Made by a program: the position numbers and the translations under genes
The notes under the pieces: generated by a model
Told to the model about the DNA's origin: nothing
The model's database searches: none
Seen by the model: the letters and a program-made list of their open reading frames with translations, nothing else
Shown here: positions 28,945-40,282 of the stretch, one piece after another
How positions within the stretch are numbered: the stretch's first letter is position 1
How the letters are laid out: the number at the start of each line of letters is the position of its first letter
Source of the DNA: Brevibacterium luteolum
GTDB taxonomy: Bacteria > Actinomycetota > Actinomycetes > Actinomycetales > Brevibacteriaceae
DNA length: 64,000 nt
Direction: 5' to 3'
Assembly (NCBI RefSeq): GCF_013004595.1
Contig: NZ_JABEMC010000001.1
Coordinates: 186,001 to 250,000 of the forward strand

Positions 28945-30465
28945 ATGCTCACCCGCCTGCGTCTGCCCAGCTCACTGACACCTCGGCGCCGGGAACCCGC
29001 CCCCGGCCCGCTCGCCGCGCGCCTGCACGAGGCCTACGCGAAACTCGCCGCCGACCTGCCCGACGAGTATCCGGCCGACGCTCTGGCCGACGCCGAGGCG
29101 GCTGTCGCCGAACTCGGCGGCGACCCCTTCGCGCTCGGCCGGGACGGTATCGAGACCGAGCGGGTCGACCTGCGCGAGATCCCGTTCGTCACCATCGACC
29201 CCGAGGGTGCGACGGACCTCGATCAGGCGATGCACCTCGAAACCCTCAACGCGGCTGAAGGCCAGGCCGCGTTCCGGGTCCGCTACGCGATCGCCGATGT
29301 CGGCCGGTTCATCACCCCTGATGGGCCGCTCGATGCCGAGACCCACGCCCGCGGGCAGACGATCTACCTGCCCGATCGGCGCATCCCGCTGCACCCGGAG
29401 GTCATCTCCGAAGGCGCGGCCTCCCTGCTGCCCGGCGAGGACCGGGCCGCCTACGTCTTCACCGCCGAGCTCGCAGCCGACGGCACGATCGTCAGCCAGG
29501 ACCTCGTGCGCGCGGTCGTGCGCTCGCGCGCCCAGCTCGACTACGACACCATCCAAGCCGGCTTCGACGCCGGCCGGCCGCTGCCCGAGGCGATCGCCGC
29601 GCTGCCGACGATCGGCGCGGCCCTGCAAGCCGATGAAATCGCCCGCGGCGGCATCGACTTAGCGATCCCGGACCAGGACGTCACCGAAACCAACGGCGAC
29701 TACACCCTGACCTACCGGCCCCGGCAGGGCATCGAAGACGCCAACGCCCAGATCAGCCTGCTCGCCGGCCGAGTCGCAGCCGACCTCATGCTGCGTGCCG
29801 GCCACGGAGTGCTGCGCACGATGCCGCGCCCGGATGAGGAGACGATTGCCGAATTCCTCGCCATCGTCGCAGGCCTCGGTTTTGACGCGGGTGCGCCGTA
29901 CCAGGATGTCATCCGCAGCATCGGCCACCAGGAGCGCAACCCGCGTGCGCTCGCAGTCCACTACGCCTCACCCTCGCTGTTCCGGGGTGCCGGCTACACC
30001 CTCATCGGCGAGAAGGAAAGTGATGATGAGCTGCTGCAGGCCGCGGTTGGCGCACCTTATGCGCACACGACTGCACCGCTGCGCCGGCTCGTCGACCGCT
30101 ATGTGCTGCCAATTGCTGAAGCCGCCTGCCGGGATGCCGACGCTCCGGCATGGGCGCTCGACGGGCTGGCCGAGCTGCCCGAGGCGATGAAGGAGACCGG
30201 CCGGCTGGCCAGCCAGATCGACAAACAGGTCATCGAATACACCGAGGCGATCCTGCTCGCCGAGCGGACCGGCGAGGTCTTCGACGGGGTGGTCGTCGGC
30301 TCGCGGACGACGAAGGACGGCACGGCGCTTGTCGAGGTGCATGTGCCGGAACCTGCCGTTGTCGTGTGGGCCGCTGGCGAGGCGCCGGTCGGTGAGCCGG
30401 TGCAGATCCGGCTGCGCTCAGCTGAACCAGAGACAGGCACGCTGCTCTTCGACGTCGTCGCCTGA
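28945..30465 (+). CDS. RNB-domain ribonuclease (RNase II/R family)
   Basis: VTIDPEGATDLDQA, IADV, RGQTIYLPD, YAHTTAPLRRLVDR. Confidence 0.88.
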   Translation: MLTRLRLPSSLTPRRREPAPGPLAARLHEAYAKLAADLPDEYPADALADAEAAVAELGGDPFALGRDGIETERVDLREIPFVTIDPEGATDLDQAMHLETLNAAEGQAAFRVRYAIADVGRFITPDGPLDAETHARGQTIYLPDRRIPLHPEVISEGAASLLPGEDRAAYVFTAELAADGTIVSQDLVRAVVRSRAQLDYDTIQAGFDAGRPLPEAIAALPTIGAALQADEIARGGIDLAIPDQDVTETNGDYTLTYRPRQGIEDANAQISLLAGRVAADLMLRAGHGVLRTMPRPDEETIAEFLAIVAGLGFDAGAPYQDVIRSIGHQERNPRALAVHYASPSLFRGAGYTLIGEKESDDELLQAAVGAPYAHTTAPLRRLVDRYVLPIAEAACRDADAPAWALDGLAELPEAMKETGRLASQIDKQVIEYTEAILLAERTGEVFDGVVVGSRTTKDGTALVEVHVPEPAVVVWAAGEAPVGEPVQIRLRSAEPETGTLLFDVVA

Positions 30466-30506
30466 GCCGCAGCTCCAGCCCGGGCTCAACAGGGTCAGTC
30501 GCCGCT

Positions 30507-31142
30507 TCAGCCTCGGGTCGGCAGGCCGAGTGAGGCGCGCGCCCCGGTGAGCAGCTGGACGCGCACGATGTCGCGGTCGATGCGCCGGGCGACATAGGGC
30601 GTCGAGTTGATCATGCCGAACACGGCATGAACCCGCACTGTCGCCTCATCGAGGCTGAGTGCCGGGTCGAGGTCGGTGAGCTGCTCGGCCCACAGTGTCA
30701 CGTACTGCCGCTGCAGCTGCCGCACCCGGCGGCGGGCCTCATCGGGCAGCGCGGTGAAGTCACGATCCTGAATCCGGATGAGCTGCGGCTCGCGCAGAGC
30801 GAAGTCGACATGGAAGTCGACGAGCCGGCCGATGAGCACGTCCGCGCCCGAGGCGCCGGTCGCCTCGGCCAGCAGCTCGCGTCCTCCGGTGTGCAGGTAC
30901 TCGGAGATCCCGACGAGCAGCTCGATGAGGATCGCTTCCTTCGACGCGAAGTGCCGGTAGACCGCAGGCCCGGAGATCCCGGCCCCGGTGCCGATGTCCT
31001 CGATGCCGACAGCGTGGAAGCCGCGCCGGGCGAACAGCCCTTTGGCCGCCTGCAGGATCGCCTCGCGGCGCTGAGCCTTCGCAGCAGCGCGCACACCACC
31101 GCTGGGGGAGTGGACGGCAGCCGGGAGGGCAGAGGCGTTCAT
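30507..31142 (-). CDS. TetR-family regulator (BkaR-like)
   Basis: RREAILQAAKGLFARRGF..GISGPAVYRHFASKE; divergent from the carboxylase operon. Confidence 0.88.
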   Translation of the reverse strand: MNASALPAAVHSPSGGVRAAAKAQRREAILQAAKGLFARRGFHAVGIEDIGTGAGISGPAVYRHFASKEAILIELLVGISEYLHTGGRELLAEATGASGADVLIGRLVDFHVDFALREPQLIRIQDRDFTALPDEARRRVRQLQRQYVTLWAEQLTDLDPALSLDEATVRVHAVFGMINSTPYVARRIDRDIVRVQLLTGARASLGLPTRG

Positions 31143-31160
31143 GGCTGACAGCCTAACTCA

Positions 31161-31176
31161 GTGAGTCACCGCTAAC
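31161..31176. promoter_or_regulatory. Putative TetR operator in the tetR promoter
   Basis: Reverse complement of 31158-31179 (TCGGTTAGCGGTGACTCACTGA) matches 33030-33051 at 17/22 positions. Confidence 0.55.
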
Positions 31177-31185
31177 CGAATCATC

Positions 31186-31986
31186 TCAGTGCCGATCACC
31201 GGGCTGCTTCCGCATCTCGGAGCTCGGATGCGACAGTGCGACGATGAGCTCGGAGACGCGCTCGAGTCGGCGCTCCATGCGCTTGAGGAGGCGCATGATG
31301 CCCACTCCGCAGGCGATGAGCGGAGCACCGGCGACAAGGATGCTGACGATGCCGGCGTAGACCGCCCCGGCGGTGAACGGCAGCATCGATACGAAGGCTC
31401 CGACGGCCATGCACAGAAGGCCGCCTCCGAAGTAGAGACGCCAATCGTTGGGACCCAATTCACCGGGGAAGCTCGGCAGGCCGTCGACACCTCGGCCCAG
31501 GCGGTCCGGCTGTCGGCTGGACCATTCGAGGACTGTCTCGATGACCTTGGTGCGGTAACGGTCAGCTGCCCGCACCACGATGCCGCGGATGATGATCGCC
31601 GGGATGAGTGTGCAGATACCGACGAACCCGGCCAGCCCAACAATGGTGGCACCGGCGCCTGGGAAGTGCTGATAGAGCCAGGCCGCGAGTGCGATCAGCA
31701 CCAAAGAGGCGCCCCACACCCAGAGCAGTCTCATCATCACGCGCTCGAGAACCTGGCAGCGCCGACTGTCCCTGCCGGTGATCGCGGCGAGCACAGCCTG
31801 CAGCTGGCGCGCCTCCTCCTCGCGCACGGCATCCGGACTGGGTGCGGCTGCCTCGGCGCGACGCGCTTGTGCCAGCTCGGCGGCAGCCCGGTCCCGGTTG
31901 GTGTGCCTGAACGCACGGGTGAGCTGGTCGTCGCTGAGCGCGCACACGAGGATCTCGGCGTCGTGCGCGGCGGAATCTGCGCGGAT
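31186..31986 (-). CDS. Hypothetical 4-TM membrane protein, paralog B (start codon uncertain)
   Basis: Close paralog of 31986..32858 (ALSD.QL.RA, AELAQARRAEAAAPSPD, VIETVLEW, RGVDGLP). AAAGGAG RBS points to ATC at 31986; first canonical start is GTG 31947. Confidence 0.6.
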   Translation of the reverse strand: MRADSAAHDAEILVCALSDDQLTRAFRHTNRDRAAAELAQARRAEAAAPSPDAVREEEARQLQAVLAAITGRDSRRCQVLERVMMRLLWVWGASLVLIALAAWLYQHFPGAGATIVGLAGFVGICTLIPAIIIRGIVVRAADRYRTKVIETVLEWSSRQPDRLGRGVDGLPSFPGELGPNDWRLYFGGGLLCMAVGAFVSMLPFTAGAVYAGIVSILVAGAPLIACGVGIMRLLKRMERRLERVSELIVALSHPSSEMRKQPGDRH

Positions 31987-32858
31987 CAGCGCGCTCCTTT
32001 CGATCTTGGCCGGGTGGCTCGTGAGGCGCCCCGGTAGGTGATGCCGGGTTCGGCGGAGGAGAAGAAGCGCAGATCTCCCAGCGGCCTACGCGCCCCGGGG
32101 CTCGGATGCGACAGCGCGGCGATCATCTCGCAGGCGCGGTCGAATCTGCGCGTCATGCGTGTGAAGCTCAGAATGACGCCCACTCCGCAGGCGATGAGCG
32201 GAATGGTGACGACGGCGATGCTGATGATGCCCGCGACGATCTGCCCGCCGCCGAAGAAGATCGGCGGCGCGGCGACAGCTGGGACGATGCACAGGGTACT
32301 GGTGGCGGCGCAGATCTTCCAGTCATCGGGTTGGTATCCGCCGTGGAGGTTCGGCAGGCCGTCAACGCCGCGGGCCAACCGTCCAGGCTGGCTGCTGGCC
32401 CATTCGAGCACTGTCTCGATGACCCTCGCCTGGTATCGGTCAACTGCCCGCATTTCGACGCTGCGACTGACGGCTGCCGCGATGAGGATGCAGAAGCCGG
32501 CGAGCACCGTCGCCCCGCCGATGGTGCTGCCGGAGCCGGGGGAGCGGTGATCGAGCCAGAACGCGAGTGCGATCACTGCCCAGGAGGCGACCCACAGCCA
32601 GATCAGCGTCATCGTCACGCGCCTGAGGAGTCGGCCCCGCCGCCAGGCGCGTCCGCAGGCGGCAGCGAGGACGGCCTGCAGCTGGCGGGCGTCCGCCTCG
32701 CGCACGGTATCCGGGCTGGGTGCGGCAGCTTCGGCGCGACGCGCCTGCGCCAGCTCGGCGACAGCCCGGCCTCGGTCGGTGATTCCCAGGGCGCGGGACA
32801 GCTGGGCGTCGCTGAGCGCGGCGACCATCAGCTGTGCATCGGCGTGGGAGGTGTCCAT
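31986..32858 (-). CDS. Hypothetical 4-TM membrane protein, paralog A
   Basis: Two pairs of TM helices; tandem duplicate; ATG lies 6 nt after TAGTGT. Confidence 0.7.
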   Translation of the reverse strand: MDTSHADAQLMVAALSDAQLSRALGITDRGRAVAELAQARRAEAAAPSPDTVREADARQLQAVLAAACGRAWRRGRLLRRVTMTLIWLWVASWAVIALAFWLDHRSPGSGSTIGGATVLAGFCILIAAAVSRSVEMRAVDRYQARVIETVLEWASSQPGRLARGVDGLPNLHGGYQPDDWKICAATSTLCIVPAVAAPPIFFGGGQIVAGIISIAVVTIPLIACGVGVILSFTRMTRRFDRACEMIAALSHPSPGARRPLGDLRFFSSAEPGITYRGASRATRPRSKGAR

Positions 32859-33032
32859 GACTCCACACTAATGCCCTGCTGCCGTGCCGACCGGTGCACG
32901 GATGTGGCAGGACTGCCACTGCCGGAGAGCCGGGCAGCCGCGGGTGTCAGCCGGCAGCAGCGCGCGCTGTCAGAAGTGCTGGCCGGCAGCTGTGTTGTCC
33001 CTCACGTGAATCGTTCGCTACCATAAGACTCG

Positions 33033-33048
33033 GTTAACGATCATTAAC
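33033..33048. promoter_or_regulatory. BkaR-type TetR operator GTTA-N8-TAAC
   Basis: GTTAACGATCATTAAC just downstream of a TAAGACT -10-like element and 21 nt before the carboxylase ATG. Confidence 0.7.
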
Positions 33049-33069
33049 TGAACTGTCGGGAGATCCCAT

Positions 33070-34683
33070 ATGCCAGTCATCGGCTCACCGGTCAATCCCG
33101 CCACTGCAGAGGCCAACGCATCCGCCCACGCCGAGCTCATCGCCGAGCTGCGCCAGCGGATCGAAGCCACTGCCCGCGGCGGCTCTGAGAAGTCACGCGA
33201 GAAGCACCTCGCGCGCGGCAAGCTGCTGCCGCGTGACCGCGTCGAGAACCTCCTTGACCCCGGCTCGCCGTTCCTGGAGCTCTCCCCACTGGCCGCCGGC
33301 GGCATGTACGACGACGCCAGCCTGGGGGCGGGCATCATCACCGGCATCGGCCGGGTCGCCGGACGCGAATGCGTCATCGTCGCTAACGACGCCACCGTCA
33401 AGGGCGGCACCTACTACCCGATGACGGTCAAGAAGCACCTGCGCGCCCAGGAAGTCGCCCGCGAGAACCGCCTGCCCTGCATCTACCTCGTCGACTCCGG
33501 CGGGGCGAACCTGCCCAACCAGGACGACGTGTTCCCCGACCGCGAGCACTTCGGCCGCATCTTCTACAACCAGGCGACCCTCTCAGCGGCCGGCATCCCG
33601 CAGCTGGCCGCCGTCATGGGCTCCTGCACTGCTGGTGGGGCCTACGTCCCGGCAATGGCCGATGAGTCGATCATCGTCCACGAACAGGGCACGATCTTCC
33701 TCGGCGGCCCGCCCCTGGTCAAAGCCGCCACCGGCGAGGTCGTCACCGCCGAAGAGCTCGGCGGCGGCGCCCTGCATTCCCGCACCTCCGGTGTCACCGA
33801 CCACCTGGCCGCCAATGACTCCCACGCCCTGGAGATCATGCGCGACATCGTCTCCACCCTTGGGCCCAAGGACGCCCCGGCCTGGCAGCGCACCGAACCC
33901 GAGGCGCCGGCCCACGACCCGGCCGAACTCACCTCCATCGTCCCGACCGACTCGAAGGTCCCCTACGACGTCCACGAGGTCATCGCCCGGATCGTCGACG
34001 GCTCGAAGTTCCACGAATTCAAAGCCGAATACGGCACCACGCTCATCACCGGCTTCGCCCGCATCGACGGCCACCCCGTGGGCATCATCGCCAACAACGG
34101 CGTGCTGTTCGGCGAATCGGCGATGAAGGGTGCCCACTTCATCGAACTGTGCGATCAGCGCGACACCCCGCTGCTGTTCCTGCAGAACATCTCCGGCTTC
34201 ATGGTCGGCCGCGACTACGAAGCCGCCGGCATCGCCAAGCACGGCGCCAAGATGGTCAACGCCGTGGCCACCGCCCGGGTGCCGAAGTTCACCGTCGTCA
34301 TCGGCGGCTCCTATGGTGCTGGCAACTATTCGATGTGCGGGCGCGCCTACAGCCCGCGCTTCCTGTGGATGTGGCCCAACGCCCGCATCTCCGTCATGGG
34401 CGGTGAGCAGGCCGCCAGCGTGCTGGCCACCGTGCGCCGCGATGCCATCGAGGCCCGCGGCGAGGACTGGCCGGCTGAGGCGGAAGCCGAATTCAAGGCC
34501 CCGATCCTTAACCAGTACGAAGCCCAGGGCAACCCGTACTACTCGACCGCCCGCCTGTGGGACGACGGCATCATCGAACCCGCCGACACCCGCCAGGTGC
34601 TCGCGCTCGCCCTCGAGGCCTGCCGGTACGCGCCCCTTGCCCGCCCGCTCGACGCGCCAGGCTATGGCGTCTTCAGGATGTGA
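33070..34683 (+). CDS. 3-methylcrotonyl-CoA carboxylase-like beta (carboxyltransferase) subunit, AccD1-like
   Basis: [58 protein letters not shown]. Confidence 0.92.
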   Translation: MPVIGSPVNPATAEANASAHAELIAELRQRIEATARGGSEKSREKHLARGKLLPRDRVENLLDPGSPFLELSPLAAGGMYDDASLGAGIITGIGRVAGRECVIVANDATVKGGTYYPMTVKKHLRAQEVARENRLPCIYLVDSGGANLPNQDDVFPDREHFGRIFYNQATLSAAGIPQLAAVMGSCTAGGAYVPAMADESIIVHEQGTIFLGGPPLVKAATGEVVTAEELGGGALHSRTSGVTDHLAANDSHALEIMRDIVSTLGPKDAPAWQRTEPEAPAHDPAELTSIVPTDSKVPYDVHEVIARIVDGSKFHEFKAEYGTTLITGFARIDGHPVGIIANNGVLFGESAMKGAHFIELCDQRDTPLLFLQNISGFMVGRDYEAAGIAKHGAKMVNAVATARVPKFTVVIGGSYGAGNYSMCGRAYSPRFLWMWPNARISVMGGEQAASVLATVRRDAIEARGEDWPAEAEAEFKAPILNQYEAQGNPYYSTARLWDDGIIEPADTRQVLALALEACRYAPLARPLDAPGYGVFRM

Positions 34684-36734
34684 TGACCGTGAAGCTCTTC
34701 GACACAATCCTCATCGCCAACCGAGGCGAGATCGCCCTGCGCGTCATCCGCACGTGCCGGCGCCTGGGCATCCGCACTGTCGCCGTGTACTCCGATGCCG
34801 ACGCCGAGGCCGCCCACACCCGGGCAGCCGATGTCGCCGTGCACCTCGGCCCGGCTGCCGCGTCCGAGTCCTACCTCGCCATCGACAAGGTCATCGCCGC
34901 AGCCCAGGCCACCGGCGCGCAGGCGATCCATCCCGGCTACGGCTTCCTGTCTGAGAATCCCACGTTCGCCCGCGCATGCGAAGAGGCCGGCATCGTGTTC
35001 CTCGGCCCGAGTGCAGCTGCGATCGAGACGATGGGGGATAAGATCACCGCCAAGCAGGCGGTCGCCAGCCACAACGTGCCGCTCGTGCCCGGCGTGTCCG
35101 AAGGCGGGCTGAGCAATGAGCAGCTCGCCGCCGAGGCGGTGAAGATCGGCTTCCCGGTCCTCATCAAGCCCTCGGCCGGAGGCGGCGGCAAGGGCATGCA
35201 CGCCGTGTTCGAGGAATCCGAGCTCGCAGACAGGCTCGCAGCAGCCCGCCGTGAGGCGGCCAGCTCGTTCGGCGATGACACCCTGTTCCTCGAGCGCCTC
35301 GTCGCCACCCCGCGCCACATCGAGGTGCAGGTGCTCGCCGATGAGCACGGCAACGTCATCCACTTAGGCGAACGCGAATGCTCTCTGCAGCGCCGGCACC
35401 AGAAGGTCATCGAAGAGGCCCCGTCGGCGCTGCTCGATGAGGAGACCCGCGCCCGCATCGGCGAGGCGGCCTGCAGCACCGCCCGTTCGGTCGGCTACCG
35501 CGGCGCCGGCACAGTCGAGTTCATCGTCGCCGCCGATCAGCCCGATGAGTTCTTCTTCATGGAGATGAACACCCGCCTGCAGGTCGAGCACCCGGTGACC
35601 GAAGAGGTCACTGGCATCGACCTCGTCGAATGGCAGATCCGGATCGGCGCCGGTGAGGAGCTGAGCCTCACCCAGGAGGACATCACGCTGACCGGTCATG
35701 CGATCGAGGCTCGCATCTACGCTGAGGATCCCTCCCGCGGGTTCCTGCCCACCGGCGGCCAGGCCATTGACGTCATCACCCCGGCAGGGGAGGGCATCCG
35801 CGTCGATGCCGGATTGGCCGCCGGGCAGTTCATCGCCTCGGACTACGACCCGATGATCGCCAAGCTCATCGTCCACGCCCCTAACCGGGCCAGTGCGGTG
35901 CAGAAGCTCTACGACGCGCTCGGCCGCACCGCAGTGCCCGGCATCGTGACGAACATCGACTTCCTGCGCACCCTTATGAGCCGCGAGGACGTCAAGGCTG
36001 GCGAGCTCGACACCGGGCTCATCGACCGGATGAGCGAGGACGAACTCGCCCACGCCCTCGCAGAGCTCGACCTGCTCTTCGCGGCTGTGGCGATCATCGA
36101 CCGGCAGCAGCGGGCGGCCACCGCCGCCGGTGCGGTGACCGTCGACGGCGCCGACCCAGCCGGCGCCTCGGCGTGGGACCGGCCCACCGGCTGGCGCACC
36201 TCGCGCCCGGTCGAGGTCACGGTGCCGCTCGTGCACGCCGGAACCGACTACGAGGCGATCTGGCGCGGCGAGCAGGTGCGCTGGTCTGCAGACGGCCAGT
36301 GCCGCCTTGTCAGCGGTGGGCAGACCCACCGCGCGCGGGTCGCCGTCAGTGGCGAGAGCGTCTGGGTGATGAGCGAACGCGGCATCTTCGCCTTCACCCG
36401 CCCGCAGGCCGACACCGCCCTTGACCCCGGTGCCGCCGGGGCCGACATCACCGCCCCGATGCCCGGTGCAGTCATCGACGTGCGCGCCGCAGACGGCGCC
36501 GAGGTGACCGCCGGCACGCCGGTCGTCGTCGTCGAGGCGATGAAGATGGAGCACGTGCTCACCGCCCCCGCCGACGGGATCGTGCACCTCAAGACCCAGA
36601 TCGGCACTCAGGTCGCACTCGACGAGGTGCTCGCCACCATCGTCGATACGGAGTCCGACGCTGAGGCCGATGTCGACGCCGACGAAACCACTGACAACGC
36701 TGAGAACCAGGCTGACAGTAAGGAAGAATCATGA
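34683..36734 (+). CDS. Biotin carboxylase/BCCP alpha subunit, AccA1-like
   Basis: [41 protein letters not shown], biotin site EAMKME. Confidence 0.93.
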   Translation: MTVKLFDTILIANRGEIALRVIRTCRRLGIRTVAVYSDADAEAAHTRAADVAVHLGPAAASESYLAIDKVIAAAQATGAQAIHPGYGFLSENPTFARACEEAGIVFLGPSAAAIETMGDKITAKQAVASHNVPLVPGVSEGGLSNEQLAAEAVKIGFPVLIKPSAGGGGKGMHAVFEESELADRLAAARREAASSFGDDTLFLERLVATPRHIEVQVLADEHGNVIHLGERECSLQRRHQKVIEEAPSALLDEETRARIGEAACSTARSVGYRGAGTVEFIVAADQPDEFFFMEMNTRLQVEHPVTEEVTGIDLVEWQIRIGAGEELSLTQEDITLTGHAIEARIYAEDPSRGFLPTGGQAIDVITPAGEGIRVDAGLAAGQFIASDYDPMIAKLIVHAPNRASAVQKLYDALGRTAVPGIVTNIDFLRTLMSREDVKAGELDTGLIDRMSEDELAHALAELDLLFAAVAIIDRQQRAATAAGAVTVDGADPAGASAWDRPTGWRTSRPVEVTVPLVHAGTDYEAIWRGEQVRWSADGQCRLVSGGQTHRARVAVSGESVWVMSERGIFAFTRPQADTALDPGAAGADITAPMPGAVIDVRAADGAEVTAGTPVVVVEAMKMEHVLTAPADGIVHLKTQIGTQVALDEVLATIVDTESDAEADVDADETTDNAENQADSKEES

Positions 36735-37906
36735 CGCAGACATTCACCCCCGGCATGCTGCCCGAGGAGTACGAGGACCTGCGCCTGCAGGTCGCGAAGT
36801 TCACCGACACCGAGGTCGCGCCGGTCAGTGCCGAGCTCGATGCCAAGCGCGAGTTCCCCTATGCGCTGGTGAAGAAGATGGGCCAGATGGGCCTGTTCGG
36901 CCTGCCGTTCGACGAGGAGTACGGCGGCATGGGCGGGGACTACTTCGCCCTGTGCCTGGCGATCGAGGAGATCGCCCGGGAGAACCAGTCGCTGGCCATC
37001 ACCCTGGAAGCGGCCGTATCGCTCGGTGCGATGCCGATCTACCGCTTCGGCACCGAGGAGCAGAAGCGCGAATGGCTCCCGCAGCTCACCGACGGCTCCG
37101 GCCTGGCCGCCTTCGGCCTGACCGAGCCGGAGGCCGGATCCGATGCCGGCGGGACGAAGACGAAGGCGACGCTGGCTGACGGAGAGTGGACGATCAACGG
37201 CGGCAAGTGCTTCATCACCAACTCCGGCACAGACATCACCCGGCTGGTGACCGCCACCGCGGTCACCGGTACCCGCACCGGCCGCGACGGTGCGCAGAAG
37301 CCGGAGATCTCGACGATCATGATCCCGGCAGGCACCCCGGGCTTCACCGTCGAGCCGAAGTACGACAAGGTCGGCTGGAACTCCTCGGACACCCACCCGC
37401 TGACCTTCGAAGACGTCAAAGTCCCGGAGGAGAACCTGCTCGGCGAACGCGGCCGCGGCTACGCGAACTTCCTGCGCATCCTCGATGAGGGCCGCATCGC
37501 TGTCGCTGCGCTGTCGACCGGCGCCGCACAGGGCTGTGTCGATGAGTCAGTCAGGTACGCCAAGGAGCGCACGTCCTTCGGCAAGCCGATCTCGGAATAC
37601 CAGGGCATCTCGTTCAAGATCGCCCGCATGGAGGCCCGTGTTGTGGCCGCGCGTGCGGCCTACTACCTGGCCGCCTCGCGGATGATCGCAGGCCTGCCGT
37701 TCAAGAAGGAAGCAGCTGTGGCGAAGATGATCGCCGGTGAGGCCGCGATGGACAACGCTCGCGACGCCACGCAGATCCACGGCGGCTACGGCTTCATGAA
37801 CGAGTACCTCGTCGCCCGCCACTACCGCGACTCGAAGATCCTCGAAGTCGGCGAAGGCACCACCGAGGTCCAGCTCATGCTCATCGCCCGCGACCTGGGG
37901 CTGTGA
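36731..37906 (+). CDS. Acyl-CoA dehydrogenase (FadE19/isovaleryl-CoA DH-like)
   Basis: [38 protein letters not shown]. Confidence 0.92.
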   Translation: MTQTFTPGMLPEEYEDLRLQVAKFTDTEVAPVSAELDAKREFPYALVKKMGQMGLFGLPFDEEYGGMGGDYFALCLAIEEIARENQSLAITLEAAVSLGAMPIYRFGTEEQKREWLPQLTDGSGLAAFGLTEPEAGSDAGGTKTKATLADGEWTINGGKCFITNSGTDITRLVTATAVTGTRTGRDGAQKPEISTIMIPAGTPGFTVEPKYDKVGWNSSDTHPLTFEDVKVPEENLLGERGRGYANFLRILDEGRIAVAALSTGAAQGCVDESVRYAKERTSFGKPISEYQGISFKIARMEARVVAARAAYYLAASRMIAGLPFKKEAAVAKMIAGEAAMDNARDATQIHGGYGFMNEYLVARHYRDSKILEVGEGTTEVQLMLIARDLGL

Positions 37907-37953
37907 TATGAGCGCCGCATTCACTCAGGTCAGTGGAACGGCCTGAACTAATG

Positions 37954-37990
37954 GAAACGGGGTCGCAACAAATTACCGCGGCCCCGTTTC
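37954..37990. terminator. Intrinsic terminator at the left edge of the island
   Basis: gaaacggggtcgc..gcggccccgtttc followed by ttt, between convergent genes. Confidence 0.75.
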
Positions 37991-38025
37991 TTTAGATCAA
38001 ATGTGAATCTAGCTGAACGCGGAAC

Positions 38026-38724
38026 TCACGAGAGTAGAAAAGGACTGAGTTCGTCAATCACGAAGTCGGTTAACTGCGCCAGCTTGTCCTCATTTAGGCT
38101 GCCGCGGACTCCAACTGTTAGAAGACCAGCGTCCCTTGCGGCTCTTATGCCAGTGCTTGAGTCTTCGAAAGCTAGCGCATCGGACGCGTCAACTCCAATT
38201 CTCTCTAGAGCGAGCAAGTAACATGCTGGATCGGGTTTGGAGTGGATCACATCCTCCAGCGCAACTATGTGGTCAATGAACGAGCCTAGTCCGGCTTTAT
38301 CAATCGTGGGTGCGACGATCTCACGGCTTGCGGCGGTAACTACTGCAACACGCTTGCCAAATCTATTGGCACGTTCAACGAAGGTGCGAGCATCTTCAGA
38401 AATTGTAGCGGCGTCGTGGTTTCGCTCCATGTAGGCTGAATTAAACTGGCGCAGAAGATAGTCTGTGTCGATTCCAGAGTTACCCGACTCTTTCGCAATC
38501 TCACCAAACATGCGTGCTTCCGTGAACCCTGCGAAGTCGCGGAAGTACCTATCTCTGCTGACCGCGACTCCGAGCTCATCCGCAGAAATATCACGAACAA
38601 CTGAAGCTAGAAGCTCTTCATCATCTGATAGAGTCCCATTGAAGTCAAGAAGTATCGCTTTAGTAGTCTCCAGTTGAGACTTGAGTTGGGCTGTCGCATC
38701 GAGCCAGGATCGATCCTCAGTCAT
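38026..38724 (-). CDS. HAD-family phosphatase
   Basis: Motif I LLDFNGTLSD (DxN variant), VVT, KPDP, AFEDS..G. Confidence 0.85.
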   Translation of the reverse strand: MTEDRSWLDATAQLKSQLETTKAILLDFNGTLSDDEELLASVVRDISADELGVAVSRDRYFRDFAGFTEARMFGEIAKESGNSGIDTDYLLRQFNSAYMERNHDAATISEDARTFVERANRFGKRVAVVTAASREIVAPTIDKAGLGSFIDHIVALEDVIHSKPDPACYLLALERIGVDASDALAFEDSSTGIRAARDAGLLTVGVRGSLNEDKLAQLTDFVIDELSPFLLS

Positions 38725-38757
38725 ATTTCAGTTCCCATCATGTAAGGTTGATTGCGT

Positions 38758-40122
38758 TTAGTCTTTGGTTATCGCGGTAGGGTATTTTAGATCGAGATTC
38801 AATAGCGCTTCAATGCTCTCCGCTAAGTCGAGAATCTGGAGATCAGAGAACCGCGGTCCGACAATTTGTATACCAATTGGCATGCCGATCTTGGACAGGC
38901 CTGCCGGAATCGCCACCGCAGGCTGTCCGGTCTGGTTGAACCAGGCTGTGAAGTTCGTGTGATACAACAGCGGTTGCGATTCGTCTGGACCAAACGACTC
39001 AGCAGGGAAAGCGTGGGCTCCAATCACAGGAGCTAACAGAAAGTCGTAGCACGAAAAGAGTGCATTCAACCTCGATGCGACACTCGAAAGATGCTCGAAA
39101 TCGGTGTAGTAGTCTGAGGCAGACAAAGCGTAACCATCTTGCGCCCAGTATTCGACTTGCGGCAAAAGTAGCTGAGATAGGTGAGGCGGAGATTGTTTCA
39201 GTTCGGAAATACAACGTGCTTTGAGGCATCGGTCAAGGGCAGAGAAATCGGCCTCAGTGAGGCCAGGTTCAACTAAGGAAAGTCTCGCGCCTTCTTGTTC
39301 TAAAATCCGCAATGTTGAGCTAAATACTCGAGAAGTGTCCTCGTCCATTTGGTCGCCGTAACCGGGCCACTCTAACACGCCGACGTTTGCCTGGCGTAGG
39401 GAAAAAAGCTCGGCTCCGGTACTGGTGTTGACCGACAGATGGTCGTATGGGTCGCTGTTGCAGATCACTTTGAAAAGATTGCGGAGCTCGCCGACGGTTT
39501 TCGCCATGGGCCCGGCAGATCGCCACGTGCTCGCTGGCGTATACGGCACTGTCCCCTGGGTCGGCTTCATTGCAGAAATGCCGCAATGTGCAGCGGGTAG
39601 CCGAACGCTGCCAGCTATGTCAGTGCCAAGAGCTAACGGCGTGACTCCCGTTGCTACAGCCACTCCAGCTCCTGAACTGGATCCACCGGGCGAGAACGCC
39701 GTGTTCCATGGGTTACGGATGATTCCATACTGTGAGCTGAGCCCCGAAGCGAGCAGCCCGAAATCAGGCATCGAAGTTTTCGCGATGATTGTCGCGCCTG
39801 CCGCCAGCAACCTCCGAACCGGTATTGAGTGATCGCCTGAAGCATCACCGGAATGCGTAGCACTGCCGTGCCACCTGCGCATGCCCGCGACATGAAAACT
39901 GTCTTTGACCGACACTAAAGCTCCCATTAAAGGACTATCTGGGCAGACCAGAAGTGAATCTCCAGATTCGTCTGGATCCGGGATGCCCTGCGTGATCTGC
40001 GAGAAGGCATTAGTGCGGGTGTTGACGAGCTGTGCAGAAGCTTGCGCATTCTCCACCAGTTCACTATTTACCGAGGTCAGCCAGCTATGGGCAGGGGGTT
40101 CGCTGCAGTTCACATCAACCAC
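38758..40122 (-). CDS. Amidase-signature family amidase
   Basis: VSVKD, RNPWN, PGGSSSG, LGTDIAGSVRLPA (Ser-cisSer-Lys triad), FNQTGQPA. Confidence 0.9.
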   Translation of the reverse strand: MVDVNCSEPPAHSWLTSVNSELVENAQASAQLVNTRTNAFSQITQGIPDPDESGDSLLVCPDSPLMGALVSVKDSFHVAGMRRWHGSATHSGDASGDHSIPVRRLLAAGATIIAKTSMPDFGLLASGLSSQYGIIRNPWNTAFSPGGSSSGAGVAVATGVTPLALGTDIAGSVRLPAAHCGISAMKPTQGTVPYTPASTWRSAGPMAKTVGELRNLFKVICNSDPYDHLSVNTSTGAELFSLRQANVGVLEWPGYGDQMDEDTSRVFSSTLRILEQEGARLSLVEPGLTEADFSALDRCLKARCISELKQSPPHLSQLLLPQVEYWAQDGYALSASDYYTDFEHLSSVASRLNALFSCYDFLLAPVIGAHAFPAESFGPDESQPLLYHTNFTAWFNQTGQPAVAIPAGLSKIGMPIGIQIVGPRFSDLQILDLAESIEALLNLDLKYPTAITKD

Positions 40123-40180
40123 TTTTGATCAGCTCCAGATCGGTCGGTAGGAAAATCGGTCGTAGATTACTCTAGACAAG

Positions 40181-40196
40181 TGTGGCAATCGTCACT
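40181..40196. promoter_or_regulatory. Possible CRP/GlxR-type site in the divergent amidase/gntR promoter
   Basis: TGTGG-caatcg-TCACT, 8/10 to TGTGA-N6-TCACA; CTAGAC half-sites nearby at about 40172 and 40256 may be GntR(HutC) operators. Confidence 0.35.
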
Positions 40197-40282
40197 ATAT
40201 ACTGAACGCCATGGTCATCGACAGAGGTGTCGGAGAACATATTAGGTATAGCTGACTAGACCAAATAAAGGGGGTTGGCGCT

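Noticed and set aside
29188..29230. RNB active-site variant DLDQ instead of DxDD
   Set aside because: I recall this variant as common in short actinobacterial RNB proteins; no sign of decay, so not treated as a finding.
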